64,000 nt of DNA from Paragordius varius (Eukaryota > Animalia > Nematomorpha). Made by a program: the position numbers and the translations under genes. Positions 1 through 13,552 of the stretch are shown one piece after another. The stretch lies in the NCBI GenBank assembly GCA_964247055.1, contig OZ176051.1, positions 12,152,001-12,216,000 of the forward strand. The letters run 5' to 3'. The notes beneath the pieces are model-generated. The model made no database searches, had not been told where the DNA came from, and saw only the letters and a program-made list of their open reading frames with translations. The first letter of the stretch is position 1. Every line of letters starts with the position of its first letter.

Positions 1-110
1 ATAAAAATATTAATACATTTTCTGTACTTTAATGTATACCTTTAATTTAAAGTTGTTTTAAATTGAATAAATTTTTGATTAAGAGAGGAATTCATGCTAC
101 AATGAGAAGC

Positions 111-1354
111 TTAGGTATTTCCAAATATAATTTTGGTAAGTTTTGTCAAAGATCGATGTAGATTCCTATCGCACATCAAATATATTTGGACCACTGTTAT
201 CAGGTAAAACAAATCAATCCACATAACAAATTCCTTAAAATCCATCAAATAATCGAAATTAGGCGTTCCCTGTAAAGCTCGGTATATGAGATCATACAGA
301 TTAACAATAGTTTCAGGAAACATACAAATGAAATAGTAAATAGGTAAATACGTTGCTGTAGTTAAATTAAATTGGTTACATCGAGTTATGGTAGGAGAGT
401 TGCATTCTAAATGATTCTTATTACATTCCTTGTTTAGGGCTGACTCTCCATTAGCTGGTGGGGATTGAGGTTGGTTTGATTTAATACCTTGTGCATCTTC
501 GAAATTATGAATTGTATCGGTTGTTTTTAAAGCAATTTTTTTCCTTACAATTTGTGTCATTTTCGTCCATGTGGTTTCATGATTGGCTCCGGGTTTAGTT
601 AATTCACCACAAATGAGACACATACAAAATTTAGGATGATTGGATACACCATAAAATACTTTTAATTTTCGACTCACTAACCATGCGCAAACAACGATCA
701 CAATGATTGGGAAAAGGTGGAAAAAACACAATAAGATCCCAATGATAATGGATTGATATAGTACATAGTACAGTTGAAATTCATAGTATACCTCATTGTT
801 TGCAGTTAGGCAGGGGATGATTTGACTACTGAAACCGAGAATCCCATTCAACCCTAATTGAATGAGCCAAGTGACCCAGGGTAAGCTGATCCAATATTTT
901 TTGAGGGTGAGAACCCATTCCGTATATACGTAGGGTTTACTTAAAGCTAACCATTGATCAATCATAACGAAGCTTATGCACACAAAGCTATTGTAAAATA
1001 GGGATCTAGAAAACATTTTACTGTATATGTAGAATAGCAACCAATCATACTGTGGTACGGGTGAACCATAGTAATAAAATGGTAACTCTTCAAAATATCT
1101 ACTCCACATTAGCATGCAAACTACAATATTTTGTGCTGTATAAGTTTCCAGAAATAATAGGCTGGTTGTTTAATATGATTTAACACGGAGGTAAGAATCA
1201 ATAATCCTATAAGATTGCTAAATACGCCCATAAAAATTAATATCGGAACTAAACGTTGTCGAAATATTTCATTTCCAGGGCCCAAAACAATGTGGTCGGA
1301 GCAATTATCAATGTAATTCCTTTGAAAATCAATATCCATTTTCATGTTATTCAT
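111..1354 (-). CDS. Class A (rhodopsin-like, peptide-receptor-type) 7TM GPCR-like gene split by an apparent 1-nt frameshift near 1141-1143
   Basis: ORF 1121-1354 gives the N-terminus and TM1 (RLVPILIFMGVFSNLIGLLIL). ORF 111-1115 gives TM3 with a DRY-equivalent (SFVMIDQWLALSKP), TM5 (LFPIIVIVVCAWLV), TM6 (YYFICMFPETIVNL) and TM7. The two frames overlap at 1123-1170, and one extra T joins them as QPAYYFWKLYTAQNIVVCMLMW. Confidence 0.7.
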
Positions 1355-3309
1355 AGTATTATATTAACTTTTATAAAATATTTAATATATATACGGGTAC
1401 AGAGGGGTAAAATATATGGTTATCGGAAAATAAATTAATTTTTTTTAGAGTTTATTTAAAAATAATTAGATAACACATGTATCGATATTTCTTTCCATTC
1501 CTAATATATACCAAATTTTGTTGACTCATATTTTTAATATTGAGATATTATATAGCTTTAATAGTAATAGTTAACCCCGCCCATCTTAAATATACCTTCG
1601 TCTCTATTCCCAACAATATTTATTACGGATGTTTTATGATTTAGAGATTGATTTTTCAAAAAAGTAGGCCACTATTTCAAAAAATGCTAAATATAAGTTA
1701 AAAAAACTTCAAATAGCGAGCGGAAGGCTAAATCTATCTCCAAAACTCGCACCGATTATAATCAAGCTACCCTTATACCCAAATCCCTATAACAGAAAGG
1801 TTTTTTACGAATTCAGTCCTCAAAAATCATGTTTTTATAACATTTTCCCGGGAATCGCTAGATCTTTTCAACGGTGCGCACAAATTATGGATCATTATCA
1901 ATCGACAGATATTGGTTTCAAAATTAATATCGAAGGGAATACCGTTAAAAACTAGAAAAGTTTTTTTAGTTTTTGCTGTTAACCAAAATTAAAACATCGG
2001 ATTTTATTGCACAATAGTCGAATAACAATAAAACAGTAAAACAACGCGTCACTTTTAAAGTTTATTCGTTTATGTGTTAATAAGATAATCCTAAAACTAA
2101 AAAATTTTACTTCATATAATCCTTGGACTTACATATGTTCACACTAAGGGTTCGCACGTTGGTTTTAAATTTATATCAAACTTGCGATTATGTAGTAAAA
2201 TATTTAAAATTTTATTTTAACTATTATTTTATATAGAGTCTATCCAATATATATCACGTTTAAATACCTAGATAATTAATTTTTAGGTTTTGAAAGAGCT
2301 TATTAAGCGTTGCGGATCGTAATTGCCAACCATTTTATATTCTGGAGTTTAGTATTTGATTAAGATTTTTCGTATTGGTCTGCCTTGTACCAACTATTTA
2401 AACTGGAAAGATTTACATGGCTTATCCATATAAAGGCATCAAATTTTTATCTAATTTTCTTCCAAGTAAAATATAATAATTTTAATGATGGATTTATCAC
2501 ACAGTTTATAAGCTAGTTGCTTAAAAACAAGCTAAACCTAAAATGGCATTATATATATATATATATATATATACAATTAGGTATTTCATTTGAATTACTA
2601 CCAGGCTGGGAACAATCGTAAAAGGCAATCGGCGCATTCATAAAAAATTATATCCCTTAATTTAGATGAGAAGATTTATGCTTCTGATATACGAAAAACC
2701 TGGTTTATGAATAGCCGGTCTAAATTGAACTCAAACAAGGGAATTTACAATCGAACTAATATAAAAAAATAATAATTATCGATTAACGGATTTGAAAGAC
2801 TTAGGCCCAATTATAAATTAAATTTAATATTGACTAACACGATAAAATAAAAAAAATAGCCTAATATTTTTGTAACTATGGATTATTTGCAAATGATGAC
2901 AACTAAAATGTCCATTCGCTTTTAAGCTATTTTTAAGGGTCTGGAGATTAACATGGTAATAGAAAGGTTGACCGGCCGCATACATTAAGATAATGCAATT
3001 GGCTAATATTAAAACAGACGTATAGCCTTTAGAAATGTTATTCCGTGGGAAGGTGTATTTCAGGGTGATCTATAAATTTTAAATTTTGACATAAAGGCGC
3101 AATCTATTTAATGAACACTGACCATTATTAAGTTTAGTATATGGGTATGGATATTTTCCACAAAATCCCGTTGGAAGAAAAATGGTCATCCGTGTTTGAC
3201 GCTAATATAAATGAAAAACAAATCATATATTAATTTTTAAGGGGCCTATATGATGTTAAGATTTAATGAAGAATATATAAGATAACAATATTTAATTTGT
3301 AATAACACC

Positions 3310-3682
3310 CAGGGGCGTACCGAGGGGGGGGGGGGCAAGGGGGTGCATCATGCCCCGGGCGCCGTTATTTAAGGGCGCCTAAATGATTTTTTAAAATTAA
3401 ATTTTAATTATACAAAGGAGATTTCCCAGCAATTTAGGTAATAATCCCTATAATATACTCTATTATTCACCTAATTAGTACCATTGAATAAATTTAATAT
3501 CATATAAATATATATATTTAATAAATATAAAATTTATATGACTGTGCTGTCTTATCTATGGTGTTTAGGTTACAACATTTGTATTTTTATTTACTAAATT
3601 GTTTTATTGGCTTTTAAAAAAGGGGGGAGGGGCGCCATAAAAATTTTATGCCCCGGGCGCCGCAAATGCTCGTACCCCACTG
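3310..3682. mobile_element. Degenerate hAT-like MITE
   Basis: GC-rich island in AT-rich DNA with imperfect TIRs CAGGGGCGTACCGAG ... CTCGTACCCCACTG and subterminal GCCCCGGGCGCC motifs at both ends. No clear TSD. Confidence 0.65.
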
Positions 3683-4858
3683 CACCATTCATATTTGCAG
3701 TTTTTTTATAAAATCCAAATTACTTATTTTGTACTAGTGATATTAGTAGGTAATAAAATGTTTTGTAGCGATTTATAAAATGTTTCGAAATGTGTTTTCA
3801 CTTATTGGCTTTAAAATTTATTTGGCACATACTAGAAACAGACAATGTCCATATTAATATTTTACCGTATTTAAAATAGCTTCGACAACAGAAATTGTTG
3901 CTTATTCATTGCCAAGTAGCCATACTTTTCATACTATCAACTACTAAAAAACATTATATATAAATTAAGACCAACCTATCTGTCTATTTATCATTAATCA
4001 ACCGAAATTCTATGTAAAATAAAAACGACCTTTGTATACAACTAAATACCATAAATCACAATTGATTGAAATATTTCGTTTTATGTTAAAAGAGAAATGA
4101 AAGAAAAGGATATTCGTGATCAATTTGAAGAGACCGGATGTTATTCATTAAATAATTGGTTTTTCAAGTGCTGGAAAATTACGAATCCGGTAGAAATCAA
4201 ATTTAACAGATCGCTATTTTTGAATAGTGAGAAATCCAACAACTTTTTAATTCCACCTAGTGTCAATGTACTGCAACGGACGCCGTCAGAAGTCCAATTG
4301 TGTTTCGATCATGTTTGCTCAATGTAATTCAATATAAAATAAAATTTTATTTTATTTATTCCAATAAATAGTGCTTTCATACGAATTGCATGTATCTTTT
4401 GATAATCATCATAAAGTCATTTATAAGTTATTTTGGTGGTCATGCAAGTTTAATTATTTTTATGAAATTTCCGATTATATTTTTCAAAAGGTGTTATCAT
4501 TTTTAAATAAATTATTAAGATGTATAAAAAATTATTGAAAACATAGGCTTGTTTGAATTTTAAAATGGCTATTAACATAACAGGATGATACCATATTTAA
4601 CAAATTAATGGTATAATAACGTATAAAGTTATATCTAAGGAGATAGTTGAGCGGAACTAGGTTGGATTTTCAAATTATCTATTCAATATAATAATAAATG
4701 TTTCCTTCGTCTTTTCTTAAATGTTCTTGGTTTAACGTTCAAACTTTGGCACAGGATTAATAATTTAAATTTTCGTTTTATTTTAATATTGAATTAGATT
4801 GGCTGGAATCAATTTGTATTCTCATTAAATACACATGCACTATTTGAATTTCAAAAAG

Positions 4859-5096
4859 CAGGGATTGAAATCGGAACCGCATGGAACCGGAACCCGGTTC
4901 CAGGGATTTTAACAAGAACCGGTTCCATTGGGATGGAAACAATGCGGTTCCGGTTTCATTTCCCCGGGAACCACCCCAGTTCCGGTTTCAAAATTTCAGG
5001 AAACACCCGGTTCTTAAGAACCAACGCGGTTCCGGTTCCAACCGTTAGGGAACAGACCCGGTTTTCCACTTTTTTTAAAACCGGTTTCAAGCCCTG
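4859..5096. mobile_element. hAT-type MITE (238 bp) with 8-bp TSD
   Basis: TIRs CAGGGATTGAAATCGG / CCGGTTTCAAGCCCTG (14/16). Flanks TCAAAAAG (4851-4858) and TTAAAAAG (5097-5104) match 7/8. The interior is packed with GGAACC/GGTTCC motifs. Confidence 0.85.
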
Positions 5097-6079
5097 TTAA
5101 AAAGGTCAGGAAAAGGGATCTTTTATGATAAAAAAACTCGTAATCAGACATAGAAAAACCTAAAAAGCGTTAATATATGATTTATTATTTATAGCTAAAT
5201 TAAGAAAATTACGCATTAAATAGCAAAAACTGGCCGAATCGCGTCGAATTTCCAAATCTCAATAGGATTCATGGAGTTTATTGAGAAAATATTAATTTAA
5301 GCTCTGAAGTTTATTTAAAATTAACATTTAAATCGAATTTAGGGATCCCAATTTTACTCCCGATTTCAGGAAAATAATTTTGACATGAGGCCTTCCGCAG
5401 TTGGCACACCTGCAAAAATAAAAAATACCATTAATATTGAATAATTTCAAAGATATCGTGTCTTTATTTAATTAGTAAATTTATGTCTTTAGTAATTACC
5501 TTATTATTTATATACAAAATATCTTAAGCCCCTTAATTTAAAAAACATTGCATATTCTTATATAGATATGAATTTTGGTGAAAAGATCTTAAACAATTAT
5601 TTTCTGAAATGGAATTTTAAGCTTCCTGATAATAACAGTTTTGGTTTGAAATTAAAGAATACTCTTGTGACTTAAATGTTTTTATAATGCTGCCCGCAAA
5701 GAAATTTCTGTGACCCTAAAACTTAACGAACTGTAAAAAAGCTTTTTTACCTAAGGGGAAAAATGTTTGTTAATTCATTACCTTATGGGGTAGCTTTAAT
5801 CACAAAGCGATGTGAAATTTACTTAAAAAATATTTATATACTGCCGATTTTAAAAGTATGCTTTCTTTTTTTAGGCGGCTTATACAAAAAGAATTTTTAA
5901 AAAAATGTAAAATTGTAAAAAAAATCTTTATCCTAAACACTATTGCCACCATTTTTTTTATAAATTTTTTAACTCTTCATTACTTTTTAACGTTTCTAGC
6001 TTATCTTTTGAGGTAATATTATATTCTATAGCTCAATTTTGTTTATAAACTACAGTTTTTAAATAGTTAAAATCTAATT

Positions 6080-6530
6080 ATCAGACATCGTTCTCGTGTA
6101 TTACATAAAAAACTCATTTTTTTCAGTTTTGGACTTCCAAAAATAATTGGACAGCTCCAAAAGACGATTGAAACGAACAGCTGATATTAAAATTTATAGT
6201 TTTTACTGATAAAATGTATTTTTGAAGCTTTGTAATTAATTAAAAACATTTCCAACCAAAATATGCAATTTTCTGCCTGTTGCACGTGATTTAAAAAAAT
6301 TATAAAAAATGGCGGCAAAAAAGTTGGAACTGACGATTTTTTACCAATTATTTTTTAATTTTTAGAGTATGCGCCTAAAAGTCTAAAAAAGGTTTATTTT
6401 TATTCATGCTTAATACTTTACTTATTTTTTATGTTATATAAATTTTGAATGGCTGTGGGCTATAAAACTACCCAAAAGGTAATGGAATGTTAATTGATTA
6501 ACCGAAACATTCAAAAAGTAATTTATTTAT
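6080..6530 (+). repeat. Dispersed degenerate repeat family A (related copies at ~25780-26030, ~36460-36860, ~60640-60960)
   Basis: All copies share motifs in the same order: TTCTC(G/C)TGTATTA(C/G)ATAAAAAA, ACAGCT(C/T)CAA, AACAGCT, and AAATGGCGGC(A/G)AAA or a variant. Boundaries are approximate. Confidence 0.65.
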
Positions 6531-6543
6531 AACTAAAACTATT

Positions 6544-7129
6544 TTAACACTTGGATACAACACACTCATTTTAGTCCTTCGATTCAAATTGGGGTAGTTA
6601 GATACCCCAGGCCTGTTTAAAATCAAACACTTTAAAAAGTATGGAAGCAATCGAAACCATGGCAAAATTTTGCACTTATAAAACCTTAATAAACCGAAAT
6701 ATATATTACATTTTATTCAAAAATACTTGATATTACTTATTTTGAGCTAAAACTGAAAGGTAAAAATTTAGTCAACATGATATTTCCCAAATTGTAAAAT
6801 TAAAAAATAATATAAAATAAACTGCTTTTTCTATTTCTATTAATGTTAGATGTAATTTATATAAAAATAAGCTTTAGTTTTACCCTTAAAATTGAATGAA
6901 GACGATATTTTGCAAAATTTTTGTAAAATAAAAATGGCGTTGAAGTAGTTTGAGATAAAACTTTTTTTTCAAAACAAAATTTTATCAAGTTATTTTGGCA
7001 TATTTATATAATATTTATCAGGATAGAAGCATAAATTTAAATTGGGACCGTTTCCCTCAGTAGTTTTTTAAAAATTTTAATTTATTACTCTGGGGTATTT
7101 AGATACCCCAATTTGAATCGAAGTGTTAA
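6544..7129. mobile_element. Inverted-repeat (MITE-like) element with TTAA at both ends, possibly piggyBac-like
   Basis: 6577-6609 CTTCGATTCAAATTGGGGTAGTTAGATACCCCA is the near-perfect reverse complement of 7091-7123. TTAACAC at 6544 pairs with GTGTTAA at 7123-7129. Confidence 0.55.
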
Positions 7130-7366
7130 TATGTAATTGCTTAAAAACATATTTTAGCAAGTAAACGAAATCAAATTGATTAATTTAAAACACATTATAA
7201 TTTTTTTAGAGCTTTAATTTCCAGTCAAAATATAAATTAATTAAAAATTTAAGCTTCACACCAAATATAGTTTATATTTATATTAAAGATATGTTAAAAC
7301 AGCATTATTGCGAATAAATTTTTATTTGAATAGATAAACATCTTAGAGTTATTTTATCATACGGTT

Positions 7367-10300
7367 ATGAGTTTCAACGGTGGCAAAAATAGATATATTT
7401 TAGCATGCTTGGTGTTATGGCTTATAATCTTATTATTTTTATCTCTTTATAAATTTTCATACCGTCAAAATACAGAAACAGATAAATCTGGTTTTGTATT
7501 GGCGGGTGCTCAGATTACACTTTTGCAGCAACAAAATAAAGAACTTTATAAGTTATTAGAAAACTTAAAAATGCATACTGGTCAGCCAGCAACTGCTACA
7601 AAAGCAGGCTATGACATTGGTATGATAATGTATTTATATGCTTTAGATGCTTTTTTGCAAAAGAAAGATGTTGGAATTTTAGAAACGCCTGAAATTTTGC
7701 AGGAAAAATATGTCCGAGATCTATATAAGGGTTTATCATATCTTTACGATTTCGTTAATACCCACATTACTGATTTAAATCACACAATTAATTCGGTTAG
7801 CAATCCGACCTCTCAACTTCAAAATGCAAACAACAAAATTAATCACATTCAAACATTTTTGAAAGACACTGTTAAGTAAATTTATATTTTTCATTATTAG
7901 GGATTTAATTAGCCACACTCTGGCAATCCGAGACATTGAAGATTCGATGTGGAAACTCGATTTGAATAAACGAATCTCTAATTTGGTTCGCAGAAGGATC
8001 GAATATATTCAAGTATATTTAGTTTTTAGATTATGGGTTTTGATACTATAATCTTAAACATGAACGAAAACGTTTTTGAATGCATTTCGTTTTTTATTTA
8101 AACATTCAATGATATTATTGTGTGGGTAACTACGGAAAATCATATCAAACAAAAGTTTATTTACAGAGTTTGATTTGTAAGTATTTATTTAATTGACATT
8201 TACATTTTTATGCGCCCAATATATTTAAACAACATTTTTTATTACTCTTTTACCATTATTTTTATCGAAGTAATAATTTTCCCTTTTCGCAAACTGATAA
8301 CTATGGTAAGTTCTATTTATATACCGTTTGGGGTGAATTTGCTATTAAAATTATTAATTTTATGAGATAGTCTAGTAAAACATCCAAATTTTCAGAAATT
8401 AACCTAGATCATCTACTCTACAGTGTTTAAATTCACAAGGCCTTGTAATTAAACAAATATTCTTATCATATCCTTAGAACCCTGCGAATTGTTCAACAGC
8501 CCACAAGCTTATATGTGATGTGGATAAGGCGTGTGGTTTTGGTTGTCAAATCCATCATCTTACATATTGCCTTATCATGGCTTACGCCAGTGGCCGAACT
8601 TTACTTCTGTCGGGCACTTCATGGAAATATGATTCCGCTGGGTTCGAACATGAATTTCAACCCTTAAGTCTAACCTGTAATGAACAAATGATTGCACACA
8701 ACGGCGTTTACCAAGGGCCAAAAAAAGAATTTTTAGATTCTGAAAAAGAAAATGTTGTTTTAAGAGCCTCTTGGAAAGGTAAAAATATTTTTGTAAGTTT
8801 ATTTAATAGAAATATAATTGATGTCGTTTACATTCACTCTCAAAGCAAATGATCTTTTTTATACTAATATCATTGCGTAATTTATCAATTTTTTGCATTA
8901 TGTAATTTTAGGCATTTTGCTTTGTAATAAAATTTTTTGTCTTGGAAGGAAATTTTTTGAAGGAGGCTGAATTTAAATTGATGTTGAGCTGTATAATAGT
9001 AAACTTGTGATAATACTATTTTAGAAATATATTAAGTTGTTTTACATAGGATAAACTTTATAAATGGTTTGTCATTATCAAACGCTACAAAATGTTACCG
9101 TAAAATAATATTATACCATTATGGTTTATATAAAGAGATAGTTTTTACCTATCAGACGATTTAACGCTTTTTATTATATTAATTCAACGATAATTTATAG
9201 TGTTAGCCTCATTCAGGCGAGTGTAAAAATTTTCATGTATATAATGAATATATTAATTATTTGACCTTTATGACAAAGTGAATTATCACAAACTGTATAT
9301 ATTATACATTGCGTTTATTTTTAAGATCTATACAGCTAATTTTTGCAACCCTTATAATGATCCTTTTAAAATAAGCAAAGCAACTTCCATAAACTAATAA
9401 ACTCTTGCTAATAAATAATTTTCCTTTTTATAGCTATCTTCGTTCTTCTAAGTTGAATGTAAGTGATGAACAAAAATAGTTTAGAAAAATTGACATTAAT
9501 TAACTTGAGAATACATTTGAATATTGTTAAAAACTGATTTATTTTTAATTTTTGGATAATTTTTCTCCATCTATATGCTTTTTTAAATTCGCTGTGACTT
9601 TTATCATAAATAAATTTATTTCATATCGTGTATTTTAGACGATAACTCATTCTTAACTTCGTCTAAGGATGTTCCCGTCATAGATTTACCCATCATTGAT
9701 GCAATCAAAAGTAAATTTTTCCCTTTGGCCATACCCACAGACCTGAGCGCTTTGATTGAAGCATTCCATGGGAGACCTGAAGTATGGTGGCTTTCCCAAT
9801 TTGTTGCTTACATTTTAAGACCCGGTCCTAACTTGAATCAATTGGTACAAAAACTTCGTAAGGGGTGGCGTGGTCGATTTGATTCACCCATAGTTGGGTA
9901 TAAATATTATACTTATTATTTTATTTCATTCATTGTCATTTTTTTATAAGAAAAAACAGTTATAACTCAAATGGTTTTGGTCTCAGTTTTAGTAATATAT
10001 TTTTAGATACAAATTATTTAGCTAATGAGAGTTTGAGTGGTTGATCTATTGATAGTTGGCTAACACTATTTATTTTTATCACTTAAATTATTTAGGTTTA
10101 TTTATTCGAAAAAAACGGTTGTTTTGGGCAAATGGTTATTTATTGGTTTAAATTAAGTGTTTGAGGTCTAATTATTTGTTTTTTCGTTATATGTTTTCAA
10201 AAGTAGAGAGCTACCATAAGTTATGAATAGATGCGAATAACAAAAATAAAATAAATAAAATATTGTATATGTTAATGAATATACTCTTTAGTTTAGTCGA

Positions 10301-11636
10301 TTTAATTTTTCTATAGTTAGGTATGAATTATCTTTAACTTTCATTGGAGTTTTAGTTTTTTTTCACAAGAAAACAGTCGGGTGTTAGACTTTTGTGGTTC
10401 TGTGTTTTAGTTTTTATATAAAAACGGTTTTCTATTTTGGTACTTTTTAAAATAAATTTAGAATTAACCAATATTTTGAATATTATGTAAATAATATTGA
10501 TAAAAACACAATATCAAAATATGTTATAAAAATAATTTTCCACGGATATGAATACCTTTGGGGTATTTCATTATTTTTTTCACTAAAAATCGGTTCCGAA
10601 TTTAGCCTCTTTGGGTAAAAACAATTTTGGATAAATTTTGTTAAATAAGAATTTAATAAAATCCAAATAAATGTGTGCAAAAAATAAACATATCAGCTAG
10701 AAAAAATTTTATAGTCTAAAATATGTAGAGCTTTTTTGATTTATGGAGAAATATTTGAAAAAATAAGGTTATATTTTTTTGGAACCGCGGTTTCAGTTCC
10801 AAAAATTATTTCAGACTGTTTTCTTTTTTTGAACATATTTTATCATGATTGTAAGCTTTGGGCTGTGGAGTGATATAACTTTTAATATGTTAATTTAATA
10901 TATAAGTCCTTAATTCTTTAAAAGTGGTTTGCAAGATATTTTAAAATTTATATTTTTTATTTTAAAATTTTCTCAGTTTGCAAGATATATTAACTTCATA
11001 AGTTTTAAATTACAAATTTCTTAATAGTTAGTTAAGTATATGCCTTGGATGATATAAATCTATGTGTCCACACAAAAATATCCTATATTGAAAATTTTTA
11101 GCTACTTTTTAACTTTAAAAGTTTGCTACATTGTTTCAAACTATATTCCATGTTGTTGTTTGTTTGTATAACAATCAAAATTCAAACTTACTTGTTTTTA
11201 TCTGATAAAAACATTTAGTGTCCACGTTCGGAGAACAGATAAGATTGGAACAGAAGCCAATTTCCACGATATAACGGAGTATATGAATCATGTTGAACAC
11301 TATTTCACACTTTTGGATCGTAAATTAGCTTTTAATCATACTACAACAACAAAGGGGGCATATTCCAAAACGCGCGTTCCTCGACGTGTTTATCTAGCCA
11401 CGGATGATGTTAATGTCTTACACCAAGCCAAAACATTGTAAAAAAATTATGTTACCCTTTTTTAATTTTTCTATTGAGTCAATAACGGGTTGTTTAATTT
11501 GTTCCGCATATATGACTGAATAAAGAGTAAAAATTGTTATTTAGTTTAACCATATCGACACGGACATTTTTTCTGAGTTTACCCTATAATCATTCAATAA
11601 ATACTTTTTTTAATATTAAGCATAAAAATCTTTTTA

Positions 11637-11681
<45 letters not shown>

Positions 11682-13552
11682 AAATTTATTTGCATAAACC
11701 ATCTTACAAATGTAAATATTTTGTTAAAAATTTTTCAGATCATGATTTAACATTTTATTATATAACATATTTTTTAAGGTATCCATCTTACACAATTATT
11801 GGCAACCAAAACGCTGCAAAATCTGCCGATACCTCACAACGTTATTCACTGGAAGGTCTTATTGGTGTTTATTTGGACGTCTATTTCTTGTCTCAAACAG
11901 ATTATTTGGTCTGTACATTTTCTTCTCAGGTCTTATTCATTTTTTATATATTTTATTATATAATTTTTGGGATTGGCTTATATAATAATATTTTTTGTGA
12001 TGTATTATGCGCTAACGGAAAAGGGCATTTTCCAATGTAAAATTATTAATTGTGCACGAGGGCATGTGTTAGGTAAAAAAATCGCCTCAGATTATCACGA
12101 AGTATAAATATATTAATATGAATTACTTCGTGGTACGAAAACTCCGACAGAGTTCTACCCTTTATGATGATATCAGGCACATTAAAAAACCATTTTTAAT
12201 GTTGCTAAGAAGCCGTTAAACTAAAATCAAAAAAACTTTCAATATATCTGCCAAAAATACTCTCTTGACTTAATGATAAAAACATCTTTCAGGGTTTAAG
12301 TTGATGTCTCAGTTTATATTATCCATTGTCCAAAATTTGTTTTGTAATACATGTTTTCTTTCATATTAGTATAATTATAAATATGTATAAATAAATTTTT
12401 GGTATTTATTTTCTGATGCCCACATTATTGATTACTCTCATATTATAAGTTTCACCCTTAATTAATTATGTTATGTGCTTTATAATTAAAGGTGTGTCGC
12501 TTAGCCTACGAACTCATGAATGCCCGCACTGATCGTTACAAAGATGCTGGCGATAATTTTTATTCCCTGGATGATTCCTATTATTTTGGTGGAGGCAGGG
12601 GTCTTGATACCCGTCTCCGTAGAGATTATGAACCTCCTATGGATATTACTTTCACCAAAAATAATGATAAAACCACGGAAAAGAATAGTGATGAAAATCA
12701 CCAATCCTCTCCATACTTTAATGCACTTAAGGCCCTGATATACAATAATCATAATAAGTAAGTTAGGAGCGGTTTTAATTTGTTTTTAAATTTTATACAC
12801 TTAAACTTTTTGGACGGTTTTAACATTTAACTAATATTTTAGTATTAAATTATCATACATTTCACTATGGAACAATCTCGGCACTTTGTAGTTTTTTGGA
12901 TATTATAACATCTATGTATGTCAAAATATAAAAGTAATAAAAATATAAAATTATTTTAATATTAATTGTCGCCCTAGAGTAATATATAGCGAAAATTAGC
13001 GAAATCGCCATTTTTTACCGTCTCATTATAAGTATATGGTATGAAATTTGATTATTTTTTTAAGATCATTGCTTTTAACCATTTATTTTAGTAGTATCAT
13101 GGGAATATATCAGATATTGATTATTTTTACTCTTGTTAATAATATAAAACTCTTTATATCTCTTTTACTTTAACTTTTGTTACACAATACAACATTAACT
13201 AGTTAATAAAAATTATTAAGATTAGAATTTTTTCAATTCATATGTTTACACATAATGAGTTTATATAAGACAGTCCGAATTCAATGTTTCCCTTGTTCAA
13301 AATATTATACATAGATTGTGATTTATTATTAGGGTACCCTCGGATGGTCAAATGCTAGCTTTGCGACGCGGTACAAAATTTCAAGCGTTTGGTTATGAAA
13401 AAAATGGTTACATGTATGGAAAACCCATACAACAACCACCCGAAGGCGTAGGAGAAGATGTACGGGCTTTTGTCCCTGCACACCTTGTTGAATATATTCA
13501 AAGGCCTGAATCTGAATTTCCTTCTTACTATCCACAAATCAAAGCCACTTGA
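7367..13552 (+). CDS. FUT8: Alpha-(1,6)-fucosyltransferase (core fucosyltransferase), 8 coding exons
   Basis: Exons 7367-7875, 7901-8012, 8478-8778, 9639-9897, 11219-11437, 11779-11929, 12492-12757 and 13333-13552 are all GT-AG and phase-compatible. Motifs: N-terminal TM anchor, [75 protein letters not shown], and a divergent C-terminal SH3. Confidence 0.96.
11641..11677. repeat. (TA)n microsatellite (others at ~2550-2572, ~17329-17368, ~23255-23276, ~23864-23907, ~58217-58248)
   Basis: Directly visible dinucleotide runs. Confidence 0.95.

Noticed and set aside
4097-4327. 76-aa ORF MKEKDIRDQFEETGCY...
   Set aside because: No recognisable domain, splice partner or homologue in the window. 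It may be a TE remnant but cannot be supported.
12096-12133. Short hairpin CACGAAGTA...TACTTCGTG in FUT8 intron 6
   Set aside because: The 9-bp stem is too short to support an ncRNA call; no snoRNA or miRNA hallmarks.
12501-12752. Antisense and alternative-frame ORFs overlapping real exons (also 13329-13535, 13355-13537, 34128-34367, 43814-44017, 45859-46086, 54070-54321, 57413-57640, 61869-62108)
   Set aside because: Shadow ORFs of recognised coding exons, with no independent motifs.
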